Of a stretch of DNA of 60,606 nucleotides, positions 8,921 to 18,271 are shown in pieces. This stretch comes from a virus (Duplodnaviria > Caudoviricetes). The DNA lies in IMG/VR virus record IMGVR_UViG_3300011435_000002, positions 1 through 60,606 of that record; one strand, given 5' to 3'. Below the pieces are notes generated by a model that saw only the letters and a program-made list of their open reading frames with translations, did not search any database and was not told the DNA's origin. Position 1 is the first letter of the stretch. Every line of letters begins with the position of its first letter. The position numbers were made by a program, and so were the translations under genes.

Positions 8921-9421
8921 ATGGCAATTTCGAATGCTGAGGCACGCCGGAAGAAGTCACTTATTCGGGATGCGGAGGGCAATACTCTTCACATCTTCGA
9001 TAATGACGGTACTGGGAAGTGCATAATGTGTGGGCAGTCGATCAACGGTATTGCTCATCCGTCTACCGCTCCAACTCTAAAGGGGCAGCTCTACGACTTC
9101 GCTCAGTACATCGCCAATGAAAGCGGAGGTCGTACTTCAGTTACCAGGTGGTTCCTCCCTGTGGACCACAACGACTCCTTGGCCTATCCTCCTGGTCAAA
9201 ACCCTCTGCCCGATCCCAACACCTGGTACATCGAGGCAGATGGGTTCGAATTCCAAGTCACTGCCGACGAGAACTATAACATCACAACATGGCACATTCC
9301 CAAGCCCGACCCAAATGGGCATGGTCCATATCCAGTGATGTTCCTGCTTTCCGTCATTGAGTGGTTGACGGCGATCATCAATAAGGGTAGGGAAGCAGGA
9401 AGTGAGGCAGACCGAGGATGA
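8921..9421 (+). CDS. Hypothetical protein with HxF...CxxC...H Zn-finger-like N-terminus
   Basis: taggaggcaatcaaatgg leader (variant of the 32-bp repeat). Confidence 0.7.
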   Translation: MAISNAEARRKKSLIRDAEGNTLHIFDNDGTGKCIMCGQSINGIAHPSTAPTLKGQLYDFAQYIANESGGRTSVTRWFLPVDHNDSLAYPPGQNPLPDPNTWYIEADGFEFQVTADENYNITTWHIPKPDPNGHGPYPVMFLLSVIEWLTAIINKGREAGSEADRG

Positions 9422-9735
9422 GCTACGGGTTGGCTAATGCTCAACTGCACGTTGAATGTGGTGATTTTTGCGGTGCGAGGCTGCACATCTTCATCGAGAG
9501 GGACAATGAGCAAGTTCCCTATGCTCGTCAAGTTGTAGTTGGACCTCATCAGGAACTCATCGATGCTCTTGGTGAGGGATTGGTAGGCACCTACTTCGAC
9601 ACAGTGGATGATGAGGCCATGTGGTTGATCCATCCTATTGAGATTGGCAGGGTAGAAGATCTTGCCGAGAAGCTGATTTATGACATTGCCGAAGCTGAAG
9701 AGCAAGAGGAGGAAGAAAACATAAGCCCAACTTAA
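9418..9735 (+). CDS. Acidic hypothetical protein with CxxxC
   Basis: ATGA overlap. Confidence 0.6.
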   Translation: MSYGLANAQLHVECGDFCGARLHIFIERDNEQVPYARQVVVGPHQELIDALGEGLVGTYFDTVDDEAMWLIHPIEIGRVEDLAEKLIYDIAEAEEQEEEENISPT

Positions 9736-9748
9736 CATACGGATCTCC

Positions 9749-9778
9749 TTGACAAGGCTCATCAAGTTGTAATATAAT
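9749..9778 (+). promoter_or_regulatory. Consensus sigma70-like promoter, class B
   Basis: TTGACA-18 bp-TATAAT, with GTTGT just upstream of the -10. Confidence 0.8.
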
Positions 9779-9830
9779 GGACATGTAGAAGATGGACAAA
9801 AACGCCCATCTCGAAGAAGGAGGCCATTAG

Positions 9831-10376
9831 GTGGCAACCGCAGCCAAGAAGGGTAAGAAGACGAAGGCTCCGAAGCCGGTAGTTGAAGAGGAAGAGGACG
9901 AAGACGAAGAGCTGGAGGAGGAAGAGGAGGCTCCCGCGCCCAAGGCCAAGAAGAAGATGTCAGCAGCCACCAAGGCAAAGCTGAAGGAATCGAAGGCCGC
10001 GAAGAAGGGCAAGAAGAAGAAGGAGCCCGAGGGAATGACCACCAAGGAGGTGGCAGCCCTTCTCGACATCACTCCGGTTCGTCTCCGCCGTATCCTCCGG
10101 TCGGATGACTACTCCAATGATGGTGAGTACACTCGGTACCGCCTCAGTGATGAGGACGTTGCTCGACTTCGTGCTTCTATCAAGGCTGGGGCAGGAACCT
10201 CAACCAAGAAGAAGGCCAAGGGTAAGAAGGCGAAGAAGGTCCAGGAAGCCGCTGAGGAAGTGGCTGATGAGATCGACGAGCTCGATGACCTCGAGGAAGA
10301 TGAGGACGAAGACGAGGAAGTCGAGGTTGACGACGAAGACGAAGAGGAGGATGAGGACGAGGAAGACGACGAGTAA
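9831..10376 (+). CDS. HTH DNA-binding protein with Lys-rich and poly-acidic tracts
   Basis: MTTKEVAALLDITPVRLRRILRS HTH-like core; AAGGAGG RBS; own promoter and terminator. Confidence 0.75.
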   Translation: MATAAKKGKKTKAPKPVVEEEEDEDEELEEEEEAPAPKAKKKMSAATKAKLKESKAAKKGKKKKEPEGMTTKEVAALLDITPVRLRRILRSDDYSNDGEYTRYRLSDEDVARLRASIKAGAGTSTKKKAKGKKAKKVQEAAEEVADEIDELDDLEEDEDEDEEVEVDDEDEEEDEDEEDDE

Positions 10377-10394
10377 TTCCTAACTCTTTTCATC

Positions 10395-10438
10395 TGAACT
10401 GCCCTCCTGGGGATATCCTGGGGGGGTAGTTCATTCTT
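10395..10438 (+). terminator. Hairpin, probable intrinsic terminator
   Basis: tgaactgccctcc ... ggggggtagttca stem followed by ttctt. Confidence 0.55.
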
Positions 10439-10458
10439 CATCGTGGAAAGGGAACATA

Positions 10459-10635
10459 ATGGACGAGCAGCCTACAACCGAGCCCACTACCGAGCAGCTT
10501 ATCGAGACTCAGGCAGAGGAGCCTTCTGAGAACACCCCAGAGCCACCTGTGGTAGGTACAGTTGCCGAAGAGGCTCTGAGCACTCCAGTAGCAGAGGAAG
10601 ATGCACCTACCGGGACGCCTCCCAGCTCTTGGTAG
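10459..10635 (+). CDS. Small acidic P/E/T-rich protein (58 aa)
   Basis: GGAAAGGGA before ATG; low complexity; not in the ORF track. Confidence 0.45.
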   Translation: MDEQPTTEPTTEQLIETQAEEPSENTPEPPVVGTVAEEALSTPVAEEDAPTGTPPSSW

Positions 10636-10669
10636 CTCTGATGTTTTCCTGGGGCTGATATCCCTGGGG

Positions 10670-10709
10670 GAAGGCGAGGGGAGGGGTACCTCCTCTTGCC
10701 TTTTCTTTT
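10670..10709 (+). terminator. Intrinsic terminator
   Basis: gaaggcgaggggagg-ggta-cctcctcttgccttt stem plus T tract. Confidence 0.7.
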
Positions 10710-11311
10710 AAGCTTCATTAATCTTCATCATCTACTATGATCATCAGATCACCTCCTGGATCACCGTGTTCCTCCTTCACACAGGGCGGATGATGATAGT
10801 TGTACCCCCCGTGATCCTCAATGTGATGTACCGGAACACATTAACTCCTTAAGAGCCTCAGGATGAGGATGAGGATCCAGCCGCCGACTCCTTAGGAGGA
10901 TTGTGGGATTGAGCCTCCTGTGGCAAGGGCGAAGGAACTCGGTAACATGGCAGATGCAGATGAAGATGAGGATCCGCCTGGCACAGCCTTAGGCAGATCG
11001 GTTCGGATGTACTCTGTTGGAATCACAACGCCTCTTCGGCCTGGGCCTCGCGCGATCATCATCACATCATACATAAATGGGCCTTTATGTATTTCCCTCC
11101 TCATCAGATCACCTTAAGAGCCTCTAACTTCTTCACCAAAAGTTGTGAAATTGGACAAAATTTTTTGGTCCCCCGACCGGCCCGAAGGCCGACCGGGGGA
11201 GCGACTAGCGCGCGAGTCGGTCGCACCATGCGCAGCGACCCACGTAGTACGTGACCCGTCCGATGGTGTAGGGGACTAGCGTCAGGACCGCGCCGCAACG
11301 GCAGCGTGTCG

Positions 11312-11626
11312 TCATGACGCCACGTCCGGCGCGGGCTTGACCGTAGCGACCTTGCGGACCGTAGCGGCCTTGCGCGGTGCCTTGCGCGGTGCCTGAGCGA
11401 CCGCGCGTGACCCTCGCGCCATCAGCGCCTTGCGGAGGACGCTCACCTCGGCAGCGGTGTACGCGTGACCCTGATACTCGGGATGCTTTGTCTTGTCAAA
11501 GCGTCCGATGATCGACCGCGCGAGCGTCCGTACGCCCTTTGCGGTGATCGGACGTCCCACGCCGCCGCTTGCGACGGGTCGCGACATGGCGCGTGCGACC
11601 ATGTTCGGGGTCTGAACTGTTGCCAT
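11312..11626 (-). CDS. GC-rich basic HTH-like protein with a histone-like APRK/KAAT tail
   Basis: AGGAGG before ATG 11626; weak promoter (ATGACC-18-TACGAT) at 11719-11690. Confidence 0.7.
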   Translation of the reverse strand: MATVQTPNMVARAMSRPVASGGVGRPITAKGVRTLARSIIGRFDKTKHPEYQGHAYTAAEVSVLRKALMARGSRAVAQAPRKAPRKAATVRKVATVKPAPDVAS

Positions 11627-12189
11627 TGCTGGCCTCCTAGGACTAGCGGCGAGCGACGACCCGAAAGGACCGCGTCTCGACCTGCAAGCATCGTACCATG
11701 CCCATTGTCCCACGGTCATACGATTAATGAGGGTGTTTCCGGTTTAGAAGATGAGGTTAGAAAAGCTGAGATTGATATACAGTCGGCCCAGACAGGCGCC
11801 CTGTGGTCCCAGGGATTGTCGTAGGAGATTACGCAAGGGGGTAAGTTTCCTTCTTAAGGTAACTTAAGCTAAGTCTACGCGTAAGCGGTGACAGGAGATC
11901 TAGCTGGGAAACTTTTTGAAGAAGAGGGTAAAGAAAGTTGAGATCTAGTTTACTACCCTAAACATCAACAGATCATTCTCATCAAACTGGTATTACCCTC
12001 AGCGTAGTTTGAGTGAAGTTTTAGTGAAGTTTGGTGGTACTTCTTCATCAAAGAGCAATCACTTCCCTAAAATGTGATAAGGGAAAAGGTAGTTTCGAAG
12101 CACATTCTTCATCCTCATCTTCATCAGTTTCTTCATCAAACTCTTCATCCCTAAACTGCAACTACCCTGAGGAGCTAAGATCAGGATCC

Positions 12190-12219
12190 TTGACAGGAAC
12201 CTTCTCGTGGGAATATAGT
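12190..12219 (+). promoter_or_regulatory. Sigma70-like promoter for the packaging/structural operon
   Basis: GGATCC then TTGACA-18 bp-TATAGT. Confidence 0.7.
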
Positions 12220-12329
12220 GTACGCGAGGGCAGCCTCCATCCAAGGGAAGAGTTTAATAGCCAAACTGGATCTACCCACAAGGTTCAGCAGGGAAGAGCT
12301 CCCTGAACAAACTTCCGGTCAACCCGGTA

Positions 12330-12836
12330 GTGGCTAAACCGAGATTGAGGCGACCCGATCAGGAGGTCAGCTTCATGGACGGATCATCTCATTCCCACTC
12401 CCCGATCTACCTTATACGCATGAGAAGTGGATTACAATGCGGCCTCTGCATCCTTAGGGACGCGTTCGAAACCGAAATCCCCAAACGACTGGTCGAATTC
12501 GGACAACTCGCCGAGAATGGGGACCCCCAGATGTCGGGTGAATTCGTCGCCCATCTGGAAGCTGCCCTGGGGATGAAAGCTCCCCTACCTGGGCAGAGCC
12601 TTCGCAGTTACCGTCGCGCGCGTGGGCAGTTAAGGAAGCCGTCACGACAACATCTTCCAGCCATGTACGCCCTGTGGACGCTGATGGGTGATCAACCTCC
12701 GATGGCGAAGCCTCTCTTAAGAATGATGTTGGGTGCCACAGAAAGTGACGTGTCAAAAGAATTAGATATGAGCCTCTACAACGTTCATATCACGGTGGCG
12801 AAGGGAGTTCGGACTGCGTTGAGGTACATTCGATGA
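12330..12836 (+). CDS. Putative transcription regulator with C-terminal sigma-region-4-like HTH
   Basis: LGATESDVSKELDMSLYNVHITV; CGLC; position upstream of the terminase. Confidence 0.5.
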   Translation: MAKPRLRRPDQEVSFMDGSSHSHSPIYLIRMRSGLQCGLCILRDAFETEIPKRLVEFGQLAENGDPQMSGEFVAHLEAALGMKAPLPGQSLRSYRRARGQLRKPSRQHLPAMYALWTLMGDQPPMAKPLLRMMLGATESDVSKELDMSLYNVHITVAKGVRTALRYIR

Positions 12837-13480
12837 AAGCTCTCGTTGGCGAGGTGATCGAGCCTCGTAAAAAGAAGAAGGTCAGGGAAGACAGAGCTCT
12901 AGTTGTAGTTCCCGAAAACGCTTCAAGAATTGATCGTAGGACCGCCGACCTCATCAAAGATGATGTCAAGCTCCTTGATCCGAAGCGAGAGACATTCGAG
13001 GAACGCCAGGAGAGACTTGAAGGTAATCGAGTTCCATACGCGAGTATGGTAGCGCATCAGGAAATGGCCGCTATCATTCTCGCTTCTGGTGGAACATATC
13101 GACTTGCAGCTGCTAAGGCGGGCGTTTCCGTTCGTCAGGTAAAGAAATACTACTCATCCGCTGATTTCCGACAGCGCATTGAGGAGTTGAGGAGCACCAG
13201 GTTCTCTAAGATCATCGGTCGGGTTTTGAAGGAGCTCGACAAGAGAACTGAGAAGGGTGCAATCGAGAAAATCGAGCTTTTGGACCTCCTCCGAGTATGG
13301 GATCGGGTTGCGGGTCCTGTGGGAGGTAAGGGTGGCGTCAACATCGCGATCACCAATAACCAGAACTACGATTCTCTCATCGCAGCGCTCACAGCTCCGG
13401 TCGGCCAAGGGGAAGGCGAGGATTTTCAAAGCTACGGGCCTGAAGACCTTCGACTACCAGGCGGAAGTTCACCGGAGTGA
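12833..13480 (+). CDS. terS: Terminase small subunit (HTH)
   Basis: HTH GGTYRLAAAKAGVSVRQVKKY; overlaps terL. Confidence 0.65.
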   Translation: MKALVGEVIEPRKKKKVREDRALVVVPENASRIDRRTADLIKDDVKLLDPKRETFEERQERLEGNRVPYASMVAHQEMAAIILASGGTYRLAAAKAGVSVRQVKKYYSSADFRQRIEELRSTRFSKIIGRVLKELDKRTEKGAIEKIELLDLLRVWDRVAGPVGGKGGVNIAITNNQNYDSLIAALTAPVGQGEGEDFQSYGPEDLRLPGGSSPE

Positions 13481-14777
13481 GGCTCGATTCCGAGTAGTCG
13501 ATGGAGGTCGACGAATCGGGAAATCGGTTCTAGGTGGTCGTGAAGTTTACGCTCAGGCAGTGATTCCAGACTCGTATATCTGGATTGTCGGACCGTCGAT
13601 GGACCTTGCCGAGAAAGAGTTTCGTGAAGCATGGAAGATTATCGTCGATAAGGAAATGATCCCGGTCCGTCGAAAGTCGGAACGCGAGCTGTTTATGCAG
13701 TTAGCGAACGGGACTTATATCGAGTGCCGGTCGGAAGAGAACCCAGACCAGCTGATCGGAGAGGGGCTCGACCTCATCGTTCTCGCTGAGGCAGCCCGCT
13801 TGAAGCATCGCACTTGGGATCAATATCTCCGGCCGGCACTCGCAGATCGTCGGGGTGCTGCACTTCTTACTTCCACCCCTCGTGGCTTCAACTGGTTCTT
13901 CGATTTCTTCAATCGCGGCCAGGAGGGGCACCCCGACCAAGAACCCGGATGGCAGTCCTGGCAGATTCCCTCACGCAGGAACCCCCTGTTGGACGATGCC
14001 GAGATTGCAGAAGCTAAGCGTACTTCGACGCCGGAGGCCTTCTCACAAGAATGGGAAGCTAACTTCATCTCATATGGCGGACTGGTATTCCCGGAATTCA
14101 CCAATGAGGTTCATGTTCGATCCCATATCTATAACCCATTCCTCGAAACTCAACTATGGATCGACCCCGGAACTGCTGCTCCATACTGCGTCCTTCTTGT
14201 CCAGATCACTCCAGATGAAGATATCCACGTTCTCGGAGAGATTTACCGCACAGGCCGAACGTCAGCCGACATCATCGAAGAAGTCCAGGACCCGGAGAAG
14301 TGGGGATCGTACGTTCTAGACAACTTCGGACGCCCTCGTTCCGATCTAGTGGTTACAATCGATAAGGCCGCTGCAGAAGCTGCAGGTACTTGGCGTTTGA
14401 ATGGGTATAACGCCGGTGGTGAGAAACCAACGATCAAGAAAGGCATCGAGGTTCACCATAACTTCTTGAAGGACCCATATCGTTCTACAGAGACGGAAGT
14501 GGTGCCTAAACTGACTTTTGATCCGACTTGCACCAATGCAATCAAAGAATACGGGACCTATCACTATCCCGATGAGATTAGGAAGCGTATCGAAACTAAT
14601 CCGACGGAAGTCCCTGTGGACGTTGACAATCACGCAATGGATGCGATCCGGTACGGCCTCTACAACAAGTGGCCCGAACTCTTCAATGAAGATCGAAAGC
14701 ATGTAGAGGTTGAATACATGGACTACGAGGATATCGATCCTGGAATCGGTGCTCGAGTCAGTCTCGGGGAGTACTGA
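13332..14777 (+). CDS. terL: Terminase large subunit
   Basis: GGRRIGKS Walker A, LIVLAEAA Walker B variant, TSTPRG, IDPG and NHAMDAIRY nuclease motifs; GGAGG before GTG 13332. Confidence 0.93.
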   Translation: MASTSRSPITRTTILSSQRSQLRSAKGKARIFKATGLKTFDYQAEVHRSEARFRVVDGGRRIGKSVLGGREVYAQAVIPDSYIWIVGPSMDLAEKEFREAWKIIVDKEMIPVRRKSERELFMQLANGTYIECRSEENPDQLIGEGLDLIVLAEAARLKHRTWDQYLRPALADRRGAALLTSTPRGFNWFFDFFNRGQEGHPDQEPGWQSWQIPSRRNPLLDDAEIAEAKRTSTPEAFSQEWEANFISYGGLVFPEFTNEVHVRSHIYNPFLETQLWIDPGTAAPYCVLLVQITPDEDIHVLGEIYRTGRTSADIIEEVQDPEKWGSYVLDNFGRPRSDLVVTIDKAAAEAAGTWRLNGYNAGGEKPTIKKGIEVHHNFLKDPYRSTETEVVPKLTFDPTCTNAIKEYGTYHYPDEIRKRIETNPTEVPVDVDNHAMDAIRYGLYNKWPELFNEDRKHVEVEYMDYEDIDPGIGARVSLGEY

Positions 14778-15116
14778 ATGAAGAAAATCGCGACGGCTCT
14801 GTTTATGGTGGGATTAGGGCTTGGATTAATCTCTGCGAAGGCACCCACACCTGAGTGTCATATCTCAGAACCATCTTTCGTTCTAAATGGTCTTCATATT
14901 CCTACAGACAGGCCCACGAGAATTACTTTCTCACTCGGTGATGCCGGTGGGGGCCAGTTCATAAGTACAGACGGAACTCTAACTATTCCTATTTTCAAAG
15001 AAGCACCTTTCACAGCTTACCTCGTTCAGCGGGGTGGTCGAAACTGGACCGACCTCAAATTGGGTTCTCAGTTGAACGATTACCACATCGTGGCATACTG
15101 CGAGGCGCCACAGTGA
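14778..15116 (+). CDS. Secreted or membrane-anchored hypothetical protein
   Basis: Signal-peptide-like MKKIATALFMVGLGLGLISA; two Cys. Confidence 0.6.
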   Translation: MKKIATALFMVGLGLGLISAKAPTPECHISEPSFVLNGLHIPTDRPTRITFSLGDAGGGQFISTDGTLTIPIFKEAPFTAYLVQRGGRNWTDLKLGSQLNDYHIVAYCEAPQ

Positions 15117-17053
15117 ATCGAATCCAAGAAGCTATCGCCGCCGTCACTGGCATCGACCAAGAACTCGAACATGTTCAGAGTTCTTGGCAAAGTCAGATGG
15201 AAGTGTGGGAATCTGAAAGAGGCGAGCTTCGCGAGGCACTAGAACATATCGATTCTCAGAATGCTCTTCTCCAGCGGCAGATCGAAGATATTGATTATCT
15301 GAACCTGTTCGATATCGGCGGGATTATGGAAGTCATCCCGATGGCGAACAGGAAGAACACCATCAACCGGCTTCGCCGCCTGCGACAAGAGAACCCGCTC
15401 GCGAAGCAGGCAGTCAAGCTCATTACGCGCTTCACACTCGGTAAGGGCATCGAAATCATCGTCGGACCCGATCCCGCCACCAAAATCCCGCTGGAACCTC
15501 TTGTTGATGGCGAAGCCCCGGATGATTTGCACAAGGCGAACGGACTCTTCCCCGGAAACAAGCCTTCACCTCCACCGAACCCGAATGCGAAGCGGCCACG
15601 TCCGCAGGTGAGCGAAGCCCTCGATGATTTAGTTCCCTATTCCACCAATGGCTCTTCGAAAATCGATACGAAGACGGCGCCTGGTGAGGAACAGGTAGAC
15701 GAACTCAAAAGGATCGTAGACGCCTTCTGGTGCGATGATGACAACAAGAGGGCGTTGACGGATCGAGCTGCCATGAACGAGTGGCTTGACCAGATTGCCA
15801 CAGACGGCGAGAAGTTCATGGTTGGCTTCACGTCTCCCGGTGGCTCTTACATCAAGCTCACTGAAATTCCTATGGAAGAGATCGATACGATCATCTACGA
15901 TCCTAATAACTGGAAGAAGCCCGTCTACTACATGCGGACCTATATCGAGAAGGTCTACGACGGCCAAGCCAGAGCTTACGTCGCTAAGGATGGGAATCCC
16001 AAAACTAAGTACTACCTCGACTATCGCATTCTCGATGAAGAACTTGCTGACCTCAGAACTCGTATTAAGATTCCCGCCAAGGAGTTGGCTCCTGACGACA
16101 AACGAATCAAGCACTCCATGATCAACCCCCTGTGGACGAAGAAGGGGAAGCGGGGAATCAGTGAGCTATATGCCTCCCGTGAGTGGTTTCGAGTCTACAA
16201 GGAGTTCATGGAAGATCGAGCTGCCATCAACGCAGCAGCTACCTCCGTGGCTTACAAGAGAAAGATCAAGGGTGGGCCAACCGCTGTTGCTGGGATGTCG
16301 GGTAAGTTTGGTGGCCTCAATGTCGGGTATGATAATCCTGAACTTGGTCCCTCTGAAACTAACAAGCTCTCACGACCCGTTGCCGGAGCAACATACGACT
16401 CTAATCCAGCTGTCGATTTGGAATGGATGAAGACAGACACAGGAGCTGTTAATGCTAAGGAAGATGGTAGGTCAATCCTCACTGCGGCAGGTGCAGGAAC
16501 TGGAATGTTCGTTCATTACTTTGGTGATGGCGGGGACGCTAACCTAGCAACTGCGCAGGCCATGGAACTTCCAATGGTCAAGACCTTCGAGGATTGGCAG
16601 CAGTGGTTGGAAGACGAGCTGATCGAGTTCATTGGGTGGGTCATCCGCGTCGCCACAGACGACGAGAACGCAAAGAAACAAATCTCTCGCATCGCAGGCA
16701 GCTTCCCACCCATCATCTCTCAAGATGTTGTGAAGTTTATGACTGCCTGGAGTCAGCTTGTACAGAACGTCGCGCCCGGCAACAGGGTCGTTCATAGGGA
16801 AGCAATCAAGGGTAGCCTCACAGTTATGAATGTGCCTAACATCGACTCTCTCATGACTGAGATCGATGCCGAGGAAAAGCAGCTCGAACTTCAGAAGAAG
16901 CAGCAACAGCAGGATATGCTGGATGCTCTTGCTGAACAGCCCGTTGTGGCCCCGGCAGTTCGAGATGGCTCGGGGCAACCTGATCCCGCCATCAAGCAAA
17001 CTTCGAGGGGGAAGCCCCAACCCCAACTCAATGGTGGAAAGCCCCCTAGGTGA
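15113..17053 (+). CDS. Portal protein
   Basis: ENPLAKQAV..FTLGKGI, DGE, GDANLATAQAMELP; follows terL. Confidence 0.85.
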   Translation: MNRIQEAIAAVTGIDQELEHVQSSWQSQMEVWESERGELREALEHIDSQNALLQRQIEDIDYLNLFDIGGIMEVIPMANRKNTINRLRRLRQENPLAKQAVKLITRFTLGKGIEIIVGPDPATKIPLEPLVDGEAPDDLHKANGLFPGNKPSPPPNPNAKRPRPQVSEALDDLVPYSTNGSSKIDTKTAPGEEQVDELKRIVDAFWCDDDNKRALTDRAAMNEWLDQIATDGEKFMVGFTSPGGSYIKLTEIPMEEIDTIIYDPNNWKKPVYYMRTYIEKVYDGQARAYVAKDGNPKTKYYLDYRILDEELADLRTRIKIPAKELAPDDKRIKHSMINPLWTKKGKRGISELYASREWFRVYKEFMEDRAAINAAATSVAYKRKIKGGPTAVAGMSGKFGGLNVGYDNPELGPSETNKLSRPVAGATYDSNPAVDLEWMKTDTGAVNAKEDGRSILTAAGAGTGMFVHYFGDGGDANLATAQAMELPMVKTFEDWQQWLEDELIEFIGWVIRVATDDENAKKQISRIAGSFPPIISQDVVKFMTAWSQLVQNVAPGNRVVHREAIKGSLTVMNVPNIDSLMTEIDAEEKQLELQKKQQQQDMLDALAEQPVVAPAVRDGSGQPDPAIKQTSRGKPQPQLNGGKPPR

Positions 17054-17772
17054 TGAATGGACCAGTTCGAAGCATTCCCAAGGTCACTGAACTCCTCAGT
17101 ACTAGAAGTTCTGCCTTTGGAGTGGCTGACACAAGCCTACTTGCAAGAACCTTCGTTCTTACTGCAAGACGATTTCGTTCACGGTTGCTTAGTCTCGTTG
17201 ATGATCTTGCCGCCGGTCGTATTAGTCTTCAGGAGTTTCGACGGCGTTCCTTTCGTGTTCTCAGAGACGGGCTAGGGCTCTCCTACTCACTAGGCGCCCT
17301 CTCTGTGGACTCCTTCCATACTTTGACTATGCGAGATGTTCGTGTAATCAACGAGCACCTTGCTGAGGAATCTCGGTTCCTACGAGCATTTGGTAAAGAT
17401 GTTCAGAGAGGTCTTTATGTTCTAGATCCCGTTCAGCGTGCCGGCCTCTACCTTCAATCACTCAGAGGCATGTTTGAGATGGGGAGGATGGAAGCAGCTC
17501 CCCCCGGTCCTTATGATTGGAATCTGGGACCAACCGAGCACTGCATCCCATGTATTCAAGCTTCATTAGGCGGCCCTTACCAGAAGGACAATTTCACACA
17601 TCTAGGACTCGAAGTCTTGCCTGGAATTCCAGGTAGTGGTGAAGTCTGTAAGGGTCTTACCCAATGTGGTTGTTGGATAAGTTTATCGGGGGGCTTTCCC
17701 CTCCCGAATGAGAACCTTCAGCGGCGGCTTCGAGAGCTGCTTGCAGAGGTTCTTCATGAAGACACAAGCTGA
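17050..17772 (+). CDS. Head morphogenesis (MuF-like minor capsid) protein
   Basis: W.LG.TEHCxxC...PG...CxGxxxCGC; follows the portal. Confidence 0.7.
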   Translation: MMNGPVRSIPKVTELLSTRSSAFGVADTSLLARTFVLTARRFRSRLLSLVDDLAAGRISLQEFRRRSFRVLRDGLGLSYSLGALSVDSFHTLTMRDVRVINEHLAEESRFLRAFGKDVQRGLYVLDPVQRAGLYLQSLRGMFEMGRMEAAPPGPYDWNLGPTEHCIPCIQASLGGPYQKDNFTHLGLEVLPGIPGSGEVCKGLTQCGCWISLSGGFPLPNENLQRRLRELLAEVLHEDTS

Positions 17773-17974
17773 TTTCATTACCTTTCGTAATCTGTCCCAA
17801 CGTCGTCTACTTCAAGAGTTTCTTGAGAGAACGGGGTATGGTCCGGCTGATATCCTTTCTCTGAGTTTTGAGACTCATACCTTCCTCACAAGAAATGGAG
17901 GGAAGTACGAACTGAATAATCATCACATCAAGCACCTCGCCGGTCCCGATCCAAGCCCCAACAGTCGTTTATAG
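17756..17974 (+). CDS. Small head-module protein, paralog 1
   Basis: FLERTGY...TRNGGKYEL...AGPD. Confidence 0.65.
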   Translation: MKTQADFITFRNLSQRRLLQEFLERTGYGPADILSLSFETHTFLTRNGGKYELNNHHIKHLAGPDPSPNSRL

Positions 17975-17983
17975 GAGAATCAA

Positions 17984-18271
17984 GTGGTAGATGATACCGG
18001 TACCACCGCTACTAATATCGCGGATGATACCGAGAAGCCCGAGAAGAAGCCGACTCGGTCGACCAAGTTCGACCTGGTAGACCGATTCCTCGAGCTCAGC
18101 GGCTACGAGAAGAAGGATGTCATCGGACATAGCGATGAACGTCGCACGGTGGTCACTTCTAACGGTGGGAAGTATCAGCTGAGTCCCAGTGGCAAGAAGA
18201 TTCGGGTTCACGCCGGTCCCGACACTCCCGCTATGATCGCCGAGCGAGAAGAGGAGGAGGATGACGAGTAG
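17984..18271 (+). CDS. Small head-module protein, paralog 2
   Basis: FLELSGY...TSNGGKYQL...AGPD; AGGAG RBS. Confidence 0.7.
   Translation: MVDDTGTTATNIADDTEKPEKKPTRSTKFDLVDRFLELSGYEKKDVIGHSDERRTVVTSNGGKYQLSPSGKKIRVHAGPDTPAMIAEREEEEDDE

Noticed and set aside
12031-12306. Ser-rich ORF upstream of the terminase operon
   Set aside because: Product of cttcatc repeats; no RBS; overlaps a consensus promoter
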